A stretch of DNA of 64,000 nucleotides from an uncultured Acidimicrobiales bacterium (GCA_943788915.1 CALSSD010000006.1:186001-250000); one strand, 5' to 3'; positions 23,302 through 34,897 are shown, counted from the first letter of the stretch. The notes: generated by a model from the sequence alone, not told the origin. Made by a program: numbers and translations.

Positions 23302-24508
23302 GGACGAACTTTAGTGCGAGTGCGCCCGCAGCAGCAGCTCCGGCGATACCAGTGAGCACGAGCGTCGCAGCGGCAAAACCCTCGGTTGTGTCGGCGACCC
23401 AGCCAATCACGTAGGGACCACTGAATCCTCCGATTTCGCCGACCGCAAAAAACAGTCCAGTCGCGGCGCCAATATCGCTTACGGCAATGTTCTTGTCGCC
23501 CATAATTTCGAGAAACAGCAGCGGAATGATTCCGGCGCGAGCAAAACCGAGCACGGCAAGCGCTCCGAATAATAATCCAAACGGAAGTGAGCCGATACCT
23601 GCGACCATCGCTCCCGCAACGGCAAAGATGGCCACGAGCGCATGAGGCCGACGACGGCTCGGGACCAAACGGGCGATCGACAACGAACCAACGATGCCGA
23701 CGGTCACGCTGATGGCGGACAGATAACCCGCGGCATTATCTGACTGGCCTGTATCGGCAAGGATTTCAGGAAGCCAATTCGACAAGGCATGGCTGAAGAA
23801 GAACGAGAACAGCGTGATCGCGAGGATGGTTCGCATCGAACGTAGCTTCAACAACCGGGCGATGGTCGATCGATCAGTTCGAGTAGCGCCCTGCTCAACG
23901 TGGGTAATGGCACGCGATGCGTAGAGCCAGCCAAGCGTGGTCAGGAACGAGACCGCGGCCATGGAGACCAACACGGGTCGCCAATTGCCGTCAAACGCTG
24001 GTAGGAGGATCGGATTGGTTACAGCAAGCGCAATGGCTGTGCCGAGGGCGGGCGAGGAGACACCCAGGCCCGTCGGTAATCGCCGCTCATCGGCCTCGAA
24101 CAACGAAGCAACGAGCTTGGGTGTCGCGATAGAAACCAAGGGTCCGCCGATCCCGAATACCGCAACCGCGGCGAACAAACTCACAGGCCCATTCGCCATG
24201 CTGCGAAGCACGAGCGATGCAGTGATGGTGAGGCCTCCAACGAACAACGACCATCGCAACCCAAGGCGGTCGACCACAGCTCCACCAGGAACGGCCGTGA
24301 ACACGTAAATCAACGCCCAGGCTCCGAGGATCGAGCCCATCGCGCTTCGACTGAGTGACAGGTCAGCACTGATCTCATCAACAAGTGGCGCCATCACACC
24401 AATAGCCAGCCCGAACGATACATATACGCCGCACACGCCAGCGACAGCCAACCACGGGGAGTGAGGCTGGCCTGAATCGCTTGCGATCGCCTCGGACCCG
24501 GAAGACAT
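23279..24508 (-). CDS. MFS transporter (CynX-like)
   Basis: About 12 hydrophobic segments, GGAVVDRLGLR motif A, GEIGGFSGP. Confidence 0.9.
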   Translation of the reverse strand: MSSGSEAIASDSGQPHSPWLAVAGVCGVYVSFGLAIGVMAPLVDEISADLSLSRSAMGSILGAWALIYVFTAVPGGAVVDRLGLRWSLFVGGLTITASLVLRSMANGPVSLFAAVAVFGIGGPLVSIATPKLVASLFEADERRLPTGLGVSSPALGTAIALAVTNPILLPAFDGNWRPVLVSMAAVSFLTTLGWLYASRAITHVEQGATRTDRSTIARLLKLRSMRTILAITLFSFFFSHALSNWLPEILADTGQSDNAAGYLSAISVTVGIVGSLSIARLVPSRRRPHALVAIFAVAGAMVAGIGSLPFGLLFGALAVLGFARAGIIPLLFLEIMGDKNIAVSDIGAATGLFFAVGEIGGFSGPYVIGWVADTTEGFAAATLVLTGIAGAAAAGALALKFVRGTTDVY

Positions 24509-24544
24509 GTGGTCTCAATCTAGTCGTTGGGCTATCATCGTCCT

Positions 24545-24589
24545 GTGGCTTTACACCTCGTGCTTCGACTTATTGACCCGGCGGCCTAA
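24545..24589 (+). CDS. Putative Leu-rich leader peptide (MALHLVLRLIDPAA)
   Basis: GTG start 6 nt after TATCAT (24533-24538). Four Leu codons in the first 9. Lies upstream of leuA. Confidence 0.65.
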   Translation: MALHLVLRLIDPAA

Positions 24590-24607
24590 TCAGGCCGACC
24601 GGGGTCA
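24574..24607 (+). promoter_or_regulatory. Leader hairpin of a LEU-element/attenuator-like structure
   Basis: TGACCC-GG-CGGCCT-AATC-AGGCCG-A-CC-G-GGGTCA, spanning the leader stop codon. Confidence 0.6.
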
Positions 24608-24707
24608 CGTATTGCCCTTGTTTATGGGCACGCCTTCTCGGCACGCCACATCTGGCAGAACACACCTGCAGAAACCAAGTCGAAACTTCATCAAAAGAGG
24701 AACTCCC

Positions 24708-26432
24708 ATGACGAAAAACGTCCGGGCCACCGCGGCCCAAGCCAACGCCCAACAGCGACCGTCCGGTATGCCGTTCGAGCGCTACCAATCATTCGCACCT
24801 ATCGACCTGCCGGACCGCACCTGGCCGAATATGGTCATCACCGAGGCTCCGCTGTGGTGTTCGGTCGACCTTCGCGATGGCAATCAGGCGCTCATCGAGC
24901 CCATGGACCCCGAGCGCAAGTGGAAGATGTTCATGGCGCTCGTCGATATGGGTTTCACCGAGATCGAGGTCGGTTTTCCATCGGCATCGGACACCGATTT
25001 CCAGTTCGTCCGCGAGATCATCGACCAGAAGGCCATTCCTGAAGGTGTCAAGATCCAGGTGCTTACCCAGGCCCGTCCTGAGCTCATCAAACGGACCTAT
25101 GAAGCCATCGATGGCGCACCCCAGGCGATCGTGCACCTGTATAACTCGACCTCAACGCTGCAACGAAAGGTCGTTTTCGGCCTCGACGAAGATGGCATTG
25201 TTGACATCGCAGTGAAGGGCGCTGAGCTCTGTCGTTCGCTCGAAGGCCAAGTGTCTGACAGCACCGAGATCTTCTACGAATACTCGCCCGAGTCGTTCAC
25301 CGGCACCGAACTCCCGTTCGCGAAACGAGTGTGTGACACCGTGGTCGACGTTCTGAACCCGAATGACGGACGCAAGACCATCATCAACTTGCCAGCCACT
25401 GTTGAAATGTCGAGTGCCAATATCTATGGCGACATGATCGAGTGGATGCATCGCAATCTCGCTCGCCGAGAAGACATCATCTTGAGCCTGCACCCCCACA
25501 ATGACCGGGGCACCGGCGTGGCTGCGGCCGAGTTCGGCATCATGGCTGGCGCGGATCGCGTCGAAGGCACGTTGTTCGGTAACGGCGAACGCACCGGCAA
25601 TGTTGACATCGTCACTGTTGCCATGAACATGTACAGCCAGGGCATCGATCCCATGCTGGACATGAGTGATATCAACGAACTCAAGCGGGTGGCCGAACAC
25701 TGCAATCAGTTGCCGGTGCACCCTCGTCACCCCTACGTTGGTGAATTGGTCTATACCGCGTTCTCTGGATCACACCAAGACGCCATCAAGAAGGGTTTCG
25801 AGGCGCTCGAGAAGACCGACAGCCCGTACTTCGAGGTGCCGTACATCCCGATCGATCCTGTCGACGTTGGTCGTTCCTACGAAGATGTCGTGCGGGTCAA
25901 CAGCCAGTCTGGCAAGGGCGGCGTTGCGTATCTGCTGAAGGTAGAGCAGGGTCTCGACCTGCCCCGCAGCATGCAGATCGAGTTCACCCGGGTGATCCAA
26001 GACATCACCGAGGACACCGGCAAAGAAGTCACCGGAAAAACGATCTTCAGTGAGTTTGCGTCCGAGTACCTCGACGCCAACCATCCGTACCGTCTCGATG
26101 GGTACGAAGCAGCGCAGAACCCCAAGGGCGATGACCAGACGCTGCTCACCGCCCGGATGACCTTCGATGACGAACCGGCGGTTGTGCAGGGCAGTGGGGC
26201 CGGCAGTCTTGATGCTTTCGTGGTTGGTTTGCGTGCGGCCACCGGGCTCGAGATCCGAGTGCTCGACTACGCCGAACACGCCAAGGGCGCGGGGTCCGAT
26301 GCAAGTGCCGTGGCCTATGTGTTGGCCAAGATCGGCGACATCGAGATCTGGGGTTGTGGCATGCACACCGATATCACCACTGCCTCGATGCGGGCACTCG
26401 TGAGCGCCATGAACCGGGCGAACGCCAATTAG
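24708..26432 (+). CDS. leuA: 2-isopropylmalate synthase
   Basis: WCSVDLRDGNQAL, EYSPESFTGTE, SLHPHNDRG, GNGERTGN, RVNSQSGKGG. RBS AGAGGA. Confidence 0.97.
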   Translation: MTKNVRATAAQANAQQRPSGMPFERYQSFAPIDLPDRTWPNMVITEAPLWCSVDLRDGNQALIEPMDPERKWKMFMALVDMGFTEIEVGFPSASDTDFQFVREIIDQKAIPEGVKIQVLTQARPELIKRTYEAIDGAPQAIVHLYNSTSTLQRKVVFGLDEDGIVDIAVKGAELCRSLEGQVSDSTEIFYEYSPESFTGTELPFAKRVCDTVVDVLNPNDGRKTIINLPATVEMSSANIYGDMIEWMHRNLARREDIILSLHPHNDRGTGVAAAEFGIMAGADRVEGTLFGNGERTGNVDIVTVAMNMYSQGIDPMLDMSDINELKRVAEHCNQLPVHPRHPYVGELVYTAFSGSHQDAIKKGFEALEKTDSPYFEVPYIPIDPVDVGRSYEDVVRVNSQSGKGGVAYLLKVEQGLDLPRSMQIEFTRVIQDITEDTGKEVTGKTIFSEFASEYLDANHPYRLDGYEAAQNPKGDDQTLLTARMTFDDEPAVVQGSGAGSLDAFVVGLRAATGLEIRVLDYAEHAKGAGSDASAVAYVLAKIGDIEIWGCGMHTDITTASMRALVSAMNRANAN

Positions 26433-27635
26433 GTCAGGGCTGACTTGACGCCGTCGGCGAGACGGCCCCGACAGTCGACGCTGATCTGATCGACGCCGAC
26501 CATCGTTGCCAGCTGTTGCAGCTCGGCAGCGAGGTCGGCTGCGATCGCGTCTTCATCGATACCTGGTTCTGCGAATGCGCCCAGAAGACGCAACACGCCG
26601 TCGTTGCGGTCGGTCTTGAGGTCGCACCGCCCAACGATCTCATCGCCAAGCAGGAACGGCAGCACGTAATAGCCGTACTTGCGTTTTGGTTTTGGCACGT
26701 AAATCTCGATCCGATAGTCGAAGTCAAACAACCACGATCCTCGGTCTCGGTGCCAGACCAGCGGGTCAAACGGTGATAGCAATGCCCGAGCGTGCATCGA
26801 TCGGGGCACCACGGCATCGGGATGCAGATACGTCTCGCGTGTGGTTCCCGGTGTATCGACAACCAGAAGCCTGCCATCTTCGACGAGTTCGGCGAAGAGA
26901 GGTTTCACCGCACGTTTGGGCAACCGAAAGTAGTCGGTCAGACACGGACCGGTGCCAATACCGTGGGCTGCCGCCGATCGTACGAGTAACTCTTTGAGCG
27001 CGTCGTCCTGCGAAGGAGTCGGCTGGTTGACGACGTCGGTGGGGACGATTCGTTCGAGTAGGTCGAACTCCTTCTCGAAGTTACCGACCCGCCTGATGCC
27101 CACAGCGCCGATGCGGAACAGATAGTCAAGCGCGAGTGTTCCGATTGATCGAGAGCCCCACCACTCGCCTTCGCGAGGCCGCGGGTCACTGAGCTCGTTG
27201 GCCTTGATCGGCCCCCGGTCAGCGACCTCTTGCAGCACATCGGCGATGTAGGCACTCTCTTGCTTGGCAAGCTTGACGAGACCACCCCAGGTCTCGCCGT
27301 TGCTCGCCCGTTCCTTCATGAAACGAAAGAGCGGTTCATCCTCGACAGGAACGAGCGACGCTTCGTGGACGAAGGCTTCGAACCAGTCGTCGTGGCGGTA
27401 GGCAATGTCATCGAGAAGCGCTCGGGTCATAGGCTCCCAACCGACTGAAGCCAGGCATGTACTGCGTTCGGATGATGACCGGTACCGAGTCCAGCTGAAG
27501 TATGTGCAGGCGCCGCACGAGCCTTCGGAGGTGGCCCCGGTTCACCGGTGTAGAACGGTCCTTGGCACCAAACCCCTGGGCGTGCAGGGCAATGCGTCTG
27601 GCTTGTTCAGGGCTGAGGGAGCGTGGCTTCGGCAT
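26429..27635 (-). pseudogene. YcaQ/AlkZ-like crosslink-repair DNA glycosylase (winged helix), +1 frameshift near 27422-27426
   Basis: The N-part (ARRIALHAQGF...LQLDSV...FSRLGAYD) and C-part (ALLDD..., LLSPFDPLVW.R, YRIEIYVP..KRKYGYYVLPFL) are in different frames. May be an assembly error. Confidence 0.8.
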
Positions 27636-27682
27636 CGGAGCCTCAAGGCTATTTCGTGATGGGATCGAACACCAGCGGGAAC

Positions 27683-27716
27683 GCAGGGACGGCTGTGATG
27701 CAGGGACGGCTGTGAT
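27683..27716. repeat. Perfect 17-bp tandem duplication
   Basis: GCAGGGACGGCTGTGAT x2. Confidence 0.9.
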
Positions 27717-27813
27717 TAGGTTCCGGATTTTTGTACGCCGGGGCCGACGAGCTCGGCGATGAGTGCAACTAAAGCAGTAGGTGATGCTCACCACATGGCT
27801 CATGCCGATGAGG

Positions 27814-28623
27814 TTACTGCTGAGGGTCAGCGAACACCGGGTCCCGCTTCTCGAAGAACGCCTTTACCGATTCGGCCTGGTTGGGCGAGCCGATCAGTGC
27901 GCCGATTTCTTGGCGTTCAGCCTCGAAACGGGCGGCAGTGCTGAGACTTCCCGCGTTGTTCATAAGTCGTTTCGCGGCCCGAATCGCATGGGGGCTCTTG
28001 GCCGCGATCTCATGTGCCATCGCCAACGCCTCGGCGTACGGATCATCGGCTACTCGGGTTGCCAAACCCAGATCGACACATTCTTGGCCTTCGACCATGC
28101 GGCCACTGAAGGTGAGTTCTTTGGCGACGTCGAGGCCAACGTGCTGGATGAGTGTTTGTGTGCCGGTCATGTCGGGGATGAGGCCCCACCGGATCTCCAG
28201 CACCGACATGCGAGCGTTGGGTGCGATAAGGCGGATATCGGCGCCCATAGCGATCTGGAACCCTCCACCGAGTGCAACCCCGGTCACGGCACAAATCACC
28301 GGTGCGGGCATCTCGGTCCAGGCATACGCCGCTTGCTGACCTTTGTGCGTGATACGGCCTTCGAGAGGATCAGCTAGTTCGCTGTTGGAAGAAGACTCGC
28401 TTTCGGCCATCTGGCTGAAGCTGCCGAAATCAAGGCCAGCACAGAATGCCCGGCCTTCGCCTGATAACACCACCGCACGAACCGATGGATCTGCCTTGAG
28501 TGTCTCACCAGCGTCGAGTAACGCAGCGAACATGGCGCCGTCGAGGGCGTTCATCTTGTCGGGCCGGTTCAGCCTGACGTCGGCAACACCATTGTCCATT
28601 TCGATTACTACGCGATCGCTCAT
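27814..28623 (-). CDS. Enoyl-CoA hydratase/crotonase family protein
   Basis: LNRPDKMNAL, GRAFCAGLD, GGGFQIAMGADIR, EIRWGLIPDM. Confidence 0.93.
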   Translation of the reverse strand: MSDRVVIEMDNGVADVRLNRPDKMNALDGAMFAALLDAGETLKADPSVRAVVLSGEGRAFCAGLDFGSFSQMAESESSSNSELADPLEGRITHKGQQAAYAWTEMPAPVICAVTGVALGGGFQIAMGADIRLIAPNARMSVLEIRWGLIPDMTGTQTLIQHVGLDVAKELTFSGRMVEGQECVDLGLATRVADDPYAEALAMAHEIAAKSPHAIRAAKRLMNNAGSLSTAARFEAERQEIGALIGSPNQAESVKAFFEKRDPVFADPQQ

Positions 28624-28683
28624 AGAACCACGGTAGTTGGGTCATGCCCGCTCAGGTAGCCCGAGTGTGGCTAGCCTACGCGC

Positions 28684-29961
28684 GTGATCCGTTTGGTCGC
28701 AGCCGTGCTGCTGGTCGTGTCGTTGCTTTCGGCAGCATGTTCGTCTGAAGCCGTGTCCAATCGAGGCGAGCCGGGGTCGTCGACTGACCCGATAACACCA
28801 GCGCCTACCGCAGACATCGCTGATATCAGTCAGCAGCTCAACGTCGTGATCGCTCCAACCCCGCTGCCCGACGGTCCACGGCCTTTGATTGTGGCGTCGT
28901 TGCTGGGCGAGACCGGTGTTCTTGCACCGCTCGATGGCCCAGCACTGGCGGGAGTTATTGCTGAAATCAAACGATTGAACGATGCTGGGGGCGTTCTTGG
29001 ACGTCCCGTCGAGCTGCGACGTTTCGACACGAACTCCCGCGTCAGCGTCACCGATCGACTCGCCCGAAGATTCGTTGACAGCCCACCTGACCTCATCATC
29101 ACGTCGTGCGATACCGATGTCTCTCAGCCTGCCCTCGAGTTCGCCGACGAGTTCGGACTCCTCACGATCAGTCCGTGCGCGACCGACCCGCGTTATCTCA
29201 CCGGCGGCCTTGGATCCATGAACTACACACTTGGAGCGCCGTCGACGTCCCAGGGAGCTGTGGCTGCGGCTGCTGCTTTCGAACGGTACGGACCGACTTC
29301 AATCGTGTTGCGAGATGTCACAAGTCCCGAGGCCATCTCGTTCTGCGACGGCTTTGAACGAACGTTTCGAGAGCTCGGCGGGTCCGTGGTGTACCGCGAT
29401 GAATTCAGCTATGACACGCTCGATCCGGTGCAGGATCGTCTTGCGGAACGTGGCGGCGAAAGTTCGTTCATCACCCTCTGCAGCCATGTGCCGGGTGGCA
29501 TCGATGCAGCTCCTTCCATCATTCTGATTCTGCGCACGCTTGGCTTTGAAGCACCCCTTGTTGGGGGTAGCACGTTGGATCAACCGGGGTGGTTCGCCAA
29601 CGTGCCGACACTTGGTGAGCTGTTGTTCGTCAGCTGGTCTTCGACCTTCGGCAACGACCCAGACGATCGGGTAAATGACCTCGTGCGTTCCATCCAACAA
29701 GGCGGGTCCTTACCGCCAGGTGTCTCGACCATCTTGGGGGCCGAAGCTGTTGAAGCGTGGGCTCGGGCAGCCGAGACCGCTGGTTCTGCCTCGCCTGACA
29801 GCGTCGCACGTGCGCTGGCGTCGTTTAACAATGAGCGTTTCACGACAGGCCCGCTTTCGTTTGTTGCTGGTGCACGCATGGACCTGGGTCGCACCTACCG
29901 CTTGCTGCGCGTCGTCGACGGCGAACTCAGTGTTGTCGGTCTCATGGAGACAGAGGACTAA
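28684..29961 (+). CDS. Branched-chain amino acid-type ABC substrate-binding lipoprotein (orphan)
   Basis: Lipobox LSAAC, LNDAGGVLGRPVEL..DT.S. No adjacent permease or ATPase. Confidence 0.8.
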   Translation: MIRLVAAVLLVVSLLSAACSSEAVSNRGEPGSSTDPITPAPTADIADISQQLNVVIAPTPLPDGPRPLIVASLLGETGVLAPLDGPALAGVIAEIKRLNDAGGVLGRPVELRRFDTNSRVSVTDRLARRFVDSPPDLIITSCDTDVSQPALEFADEFGLLTISPCATDPRYLTGGLGSMNYTLGAPSTSQGAVAAAAAFERYGPTSIVLRDVTSPEAISFCDGFERTFRELGGSVVYRDEFSYDTLDPVQDRLAERGGESSFITLCSHVPGGIDAAPSIILILRTLGFEAPLVGGSTLDQPGWFANVPTLGELLFVSWSSTFGNDPDDRVNDLVRSIQQGGSLPPGVSTILGAEAVEAWARAAETAGSASPDSVARALASFNNERFTTGPLSFVAGARMDLGRTYRLLRVVDGELSVVGLMETED

Positions 29962-30025
29962 ATCTCACGACCGCTCGCGGGCTAGTCTGGACGGCGAAGC
30001 AGACGAGTACCAGGGGAAGCCACCG

Positions 30026-31561
30026 ATGCGCACGCCACTCACGATCAAGACCTTCGTCGATCGTGCCGAGTTCAACTATCCGGATCGCATCGCGATCATC
30101 GATGAACCTGACCAGCCAGCCAATCCGTGGCCTGCGCTGACCTTTGGTGAGATCGCCGAACGAGGTCGCCAACTCGCTGCAGGCCTCGACAAACTCGGTG
30201 TTGGATTCGGTGAACGAGTAGCGATTGTGTCGCACAACGCTGCCCGCCTCCAGCACCTGCTTTTGGCTGTGCCAGCTCATGGCCGCATCGCGGTGCCGAT
30301 CAACTTTCGTCTCAACAAGGAAGAGATCCGCTACATCGTGGATCACTGCGGTGCACGGGTGTTGCTCATCGATCCGGAGATCGAAGAAGACCTGGCATCG
30401 GTCGAATGCGAGTTTAAGTACACCATTGGCGACCACGCAGACAGCGAGCTGTTCATCCCCGGCGTAGACCCTGTGCCGTGGGAACCGAACGAAGACGAGA
30501 CCGCCACCATCAACTACACGAGTGGCACCACGGCACGGCCCAAAGGTGTGCAACAGACCCATCGTGCGTTGTGGTTGAACGCTGCCACGTTTGGTTGGGA
30601 TTCCGGTGCGAATACCCGAGACGTATACCTCCACACGCTCCCCATGTTTCATTGCAACGGTTGGGGCATGCCGTTTGCATTGACATCAGTTGGCGCCAAG
30701 CAGATTGTGCTTCGTAAGGTCGATGGCCCAGAGATTTTGCGCCGTATCGAAGAACACGGTGTGACGTTCATGTGTGGTGCCCCTGCGGTTGTGGCCGCTG
30801 TTCTCGATGCCGCAGCCGACTGGGACGGCCCCATCCCTGGTTCGGGCACCGTACGCATGATCGTCGCAGGTGCACCACCACCAACCGCAACGGTCGAACG
30901 GATGGAAACCGAGCTGGGTTGGGAGTTCATTCAGCTGTATGGCCTGACCGAAACAGCGCCGTACCTGACCATGAACCGGTGCCGCCCCGAATGGGACGAC
31001 CTGTCGCCGACCGAACGGGCCCAGAACCTGAATCGTGCCGGACAACCAGCACTCGGTGTCGATATCAAGATCAGCGAGTCTGGCGAAATCCTGGCACGAG
31101 GCAATGTGATTCTCGAGTCGTACTGGGACCAGCCAGCCGAGACTGCTGCGGCACTCGAGGGCGGCTGGTTCCACACCGGCGACGGCGGCATCCTCGACGA
31201 GGACAACTACGTCGCCATTGCCGACCGTAAAAAAGACGTGATCATCTCCGGTGGCGAGAACATCAGCTCCATCGAGGTCGAAGACGCATTGTTCTCTCAC
31301 CCCGCAGTCGTCGAAGTTGCCGTCATCGGTGTACCTCACGAGAAGTGGGGCGAGACACCCAAGGGTCTTGTCGTGCTGGCCGAGGGCGCCGAAGTGACCG
31401 AGCGCGAACTCATTGACCATTGCCGTGACCGCCTCGCCCACTACAAGTGCCCGACATCGGTTGACTTCCGAGACGAACTTGCCCGGACAGCAACCGGCAA
31501 ACTCCAGAAGTACAAGCTGCGTAGCGCATATTGGGAAGACATGGAGCGCCAGATCAATTGA
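30026..31561 (+). CDS. Acyl-CoA synthetase (AMP-binding)
   Basis: YTSGTTARPKG, LPMFHCNGWG, YGLTET, WFHTGD, IISGGENISSIEVE, TATGKLQK. Confidence 0.95.
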   Translation: MRTPLTIKTFVDRAEFNYPDRIAIIDEPDQPANPWPALTFGEIAERGRQLAAGLDKLGVGFGERVAIVSHNAARLQHLLLAVPAHGRIAVPINFRLNKEEIRYIVDHCGARVLLIDPEIEEDLASVECEFKYTIGDHADSELFIPGVDPVPWEPNEDETATINYTSGTTARPKGVQQTHRALWLNAATFGWDSGANTRDVYLHTLPMFHCNGWGMPFALTSVGAKQIVLRKVDGPEILRRIEEHGVTFMCGAPAVVAAVLDAAADWDGPIPGSGTVRMIVAGAPPPTATVERMETELGWEFIQLYGLTETAPYLTMNRCRPEWDDLSPTERAQNLNRAGQPALGVDIKISESGEILARGNVILESYWDQPAETAAALEGGWFHTGDGGILDEDNYVAIADRKKDVIISGGENISSIEVEDALFSHPAVVEVAVIGVPHEKWGETPKGLVVLAEGAEVTERELIDHCRDRLAHYKCPTSVDFRDELARTATGKLQKYKLRSAYWEDMERQIN

Positions 31562-31790
31562 ACCTGCAAGCGACCTCGTTTCATGAGGGCGGAGGATGGG
31601 CTCAGGCGAAGGTGGTGTCGTCACCCGGGTCGTTGCCGATCGAACAGGGCAACGTGGCGAGCCTTTGGTGGCTCTATCAAGAGCCGAGTTCCTCGACCAC
31701 GCTCGGTCCGGGTCGAAGCAGTCACCGTCAAAGTTCCCCATGTTCGCTCGTACACCGCTCCGATCGCAGACTAAGCTTCCCCTAACAACT

Positions 31791-31980
31791 GAATCCCCCA
31801 ACGCTTGGGGAGAGCGACAGCAACTAGCGGCCAGCAATGGCAGCTAGCTGTCCGCCGAAGGAGCAACCGCCCCCGGAAACTCTCAGGCACCAAGGACCCT
31901 TGCGTTGGAAACACTCTGGAGAGCAGGTGCGTTTGCACCTCACCGAAGGGGCCACACTCTCAGGTAACCGGACAGAGGGG
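31791..31980 (+). ncRNA. Tandem glycine riboswitch
   Basis: Two aptamers, each GGAGAG...CCGAAGG...CTCTCAGG (31809/31855/31880 and 31918/31943/31957), directly upstream of gcvP. Confidence 0.92.
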
Positions 31981-32014
31981 GGCAACACGTTCAACTCACG
32001 AGGTGCTGCCCGTT

Positions 32015-34897
32015 ATGCCTGCCCATATGTCTGTTTCCGCTAGCCATTTCTCCGACCGACACATTGGTCCGACCAATGCGGAGCGCAGTGCGATGCTGGC
32101 CGAGATTGGCGTGGCGTCAATCGACAGGCTGATCGATGCGACCGTGCCTGACAGCATCCGAGACAACAATCTGACTCTCGGCGAGCCGCTCAGCGAATCC
32201 GAGGCGATCGCTCGTATCCGTGAGATTGCCGACGAGAACCAGGTGTTCACCAGTCTGATTGGAACGGGGTACCACGGCACGATCACGCCAGCGGTGCTGC
32301 GACGCAACATCTTGGAGAACCCTGCGTGGTACACCGCGTACACGCCGTATCAGCCCGAGATTAGCCAAGGTCGGCTCGAAGCATTGTTGAACTTCCAGAC
32401 CATGGTCGCTGACCTGAGCGGGCTCGAGATTGCGAACGCATCCCTGCTCGACGAAGGCACCGCAGTCGCCGAAGCCATGGTCATGTTGCTGCGTATGTCG
32501 AAGTCAAAACGCACGGTGTTTCTGGTCGACGAAGCCATCCACCCCCAGTCGTTGGCCGTGCTCCAGACTCGAGCCGAACCAATCGGTGTCGAGGTTCGCG
32601 TCGCTGATCGCCGCGAGGCTGTTGCAGACGATGTGTTCGGTGTGATGTATCAGTACCCGGGCACGACTGGCGAGGTCTATGACTTGGCGCCGCTAGTAGC
32701 GGCGGCCAACGAGGCTGGAGCACTCACGGCCGTCGCAGCCGACCTGTTGTCGCTCGTGATCTTAAAGTCACCGGGCGAGTGCGGCGCTGACGTCGTAGTT
32801 GGTTCTACCCAGCGATTCGGCGTGCCGATGGGCGGCGGTGGCCCACATGCAGCCTTCATTGCCGCGAGGGAGGGCTCGCAGCGGTCATTGCCCGGTCGAG
32901 TAGTCGGCATGTCGGTAGACACCGAGGGTCGGCCTGCGCTGCGACTGGCGCTACAGACACGAGAACAACACATCCGCCGCGAGAAGGCCACGAGCAATAT
33001 CTGCACCGCCCAGGTTCTTCTGGCGGTGATGGCAGCCATGTATGCCAGCTACCACGGTCCCGATGGGCTCCGTGAAATCGCAAACCGGGTGCATGGTCAT
33101 GCGAGCAGTCTGGCGGGTGGCTTAACTGCAGCCGGCATCGAGTTGGCCCATAACACCTGGTTCGACACCGTGACCGCCGTGGTACCGGGAAAGGCTGCCG
33201 ATGTCGTGGCAGCGGCGACAGTGCTCGAGATCAACCTCCGTCACATCGACGCCGACCACGTCGGTGTCAGTTTCGACGAGACCAGTACGCCAGAGATCGT
33301 CGATGCGGTGCTCAGCGCATTCGGCGTCGCGTCGGCAGTGGAATCGGCGACGCCACTTACCGGCCTGCTGCGGACCGACCACATCCTTGACTTCGAACCG
33401 TTCCATCGGTTCCGCACCGAGACGCAGATGCTTCGGTACTTGCGTTACCTGAGCGACAAGGACATCGCTCTTGATCGCTCCATGATCCCTCTGGGTTCGT
33501 GCACGATGAAGCTCAATGCCACGACGGAGATGGAACCAATCACCTGGCCCGAGTTCGCAAATATGCATCCGTTCGCGCCCGCTGACCAGCAGCAGGGATA
33601 TGTGCGCCTGGTCGCCGAACTCGAAGACATGCTGGCCGAGATCACCGGTTATGCCGGGGTATCACTCCAGCCCAATGCCGGGTCCCAGGGTGAACTGGCT
33701 GGCCTGCTGGCGATTCAGGGCTATCACCAGGCAAACGGAGACACGCTACGAAATGTGTGCCTGATTCCGTCGTCGGCACACGGTACGAATGCAGCCAGCG
33801 CAGTGATGGCCGGCATGCGGGTAGTTGTTGTGGCATGTAACGACAACGGCGACGTCGATGTGGGCGACCTACGCAAGCAGATCGACGCGTACCGCGACGA
33901 CCTCGCGGCAATCATGGTCACCTATCCGAGTACTCACGGCGTGTTCGAGGCAGCCATCGGCGAGGTGTGTGAACTGGTCCACGAAGCCGGTGGGCAGGTC
34001 TATGTCGATGGTGCCAACTTGAATGCCCTGGTTGGTTTGGCGAAGCCAGGAAAATTCGGTGCCGATGTCTCACACCTCAATCTCCACAAAACATTCTGTA
34101 TCCCCCACGGCGGGGGAGGACCTGGCGTTGGTCCGGTAGCGGTTGGGGAACACCTCATCCCGTTTCTGCCTGGTCACCCCGTATTGGCTGCACGAGGCGA
34201 ACGCGTGAACGGCCCAACGATCTCCGCCGCGCCATGGGGTTCGGCCGGCATCCTGCCCATCCCGTATCTGTACATCGCGATGATGGGCGCTGATGCGCTT
34301 CGAGAAGCGACGACGACCGCAATCTTGAGCGCTAACTACATTGCCTCTCGGCTTGAGCCGTACTTCCCGGTCTTGTACCGGGGCGAAGCAGAGTTAGGAC
34401 AACCAGGTTGGGTTGCTCACGAGTGCATCTTGGATCTGCGTCCGATGAAAGAGTCGGCCGACATCAGCGTCGATGACGTCGCGAAACGGCTCATTGATTA
34501 TGGTTTCCATGCGCCAACGATGTCGTTCCCTGTTGCAGGCACGTTGATGGTTGAACCGACCGAGTCAGAATCGCTTGATGAACTCGACCGCTTCTGTGAC
34601 GCGATGATCGCGATTGCAGGCGAGGTAGGCCGGGTTGAGTCTGGCGAGTGGCCCGCCGACGATAATCCGTTGGTCCATGCGCCACATACGGCCGAGTCGG
34701 TCACCACCGATGAGTGGCATCATCCGTATTCTCGTCAGCTCGCCGCCTATCCGGTAGTCACGTCCCATCGCAACAAAATCTGGCCACCGGTCGGGCGAAT
34801 CGATGGGGCACATGGCGATCGCAATTTCGTCTGCAGCTGCCCGCCAATGGAGGACCTCGCCGAACCCGCGTTGTCAGAGGCAGGAGTGTCCGCATGA
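32015..34897 (+). CDS. gcvP: Glycine dehydrogenase (decarboxylating), P protein
   Basis: [61 protein letters not shown]. Confidence 0.97.
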   Translation: MPAHMSVSASHFSDRHIGPTNAERSAMLAEIGVASIDRLIDATVPDSIRDNNLTLGEPLSESEAIARIREIADENQVFTSLIGTGYHGTITPAVLRRNILENPAWYTAYTPYQPEISQGRLEALLNFQTMVADLSGLEIANASLLDEGTAVAEAMVMLLRMSKSKRTVFLVDEAIHPQSLAVLQTRAEPIGVEVRVADRREAVADDVFGVMYQYPGTTGEVYDLAPLVAAANEAGALTAVAADLLSLVILKSPGECGADVVVGSTQRFGVPMGGGGPHAAFIAAREGSQRSLPGRVVGMSVDTEGRPALRLALQTREQHIRREKATSNICTAQVLLAVMAAMYASYHGPDGLREIANRVHGHASSLAGGLTAAGIELAHNTWFDTVTAVVPGKAADVVAAATVLEINLRHIDADHVGVSFDETSTPEIVDAVLSAFGVASAVESATPLTGLLRTDHILDFEPFHRFRTETQMLRYLRYLSDKDIALDRSMIPLGSCTMKLNATTEMEPITWPEFANMHPFAPADQQQGYVRLVAELEDMLAEITGYAGVSLQPNAGSQGELAGLLAIQGYHQANGDTLRNVCLIPSSAHGTNAASAVMAGMRVVVVACNDNGDVDVGDLRKQIDAYRDDLAAIMVTYPSTHGVFEAAIGEVCELVHEAGGQVYVDGANLNALVGLAKPGKFGADVSHLNLHKTFCIPHGGGGPGVGPVAVGEHLIPFLPGHPVLAARGERVNGPTISAAPWGSAGILPIPYLYIAMMGADALREATTTAILSANYIASRLEPYFPVLYRGEAELGQPGWVAHECILDLRPMKESADISVDDVAKRLIDYGFHAPTMSFPVAGTLMVEPTESESLDELDRFCDAMIAIAGEVGRVESGEWPADDNPLVHAPHTAESVTTDEWHHPYSRQLAAYPVVTSHRNKIWPPVGRIDGAHGDRNFVCSCPPMEDLAEPALSEAGVSA

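Noticed and set aside
31562..31790. Small ORFs between the ligase and the glycine riboswitch
   Set aside because: No recognisable motif, RBS or consistent frame.
24507..32014. Long N-terminal extensions in the ORF track (e.g. leuA from 24507, ligase from 29675, gcvP from 31805)
   Set aside because: They run through regulatory leaders or upstream genes. Downstream ATGs with RBSs match the family N-termini.
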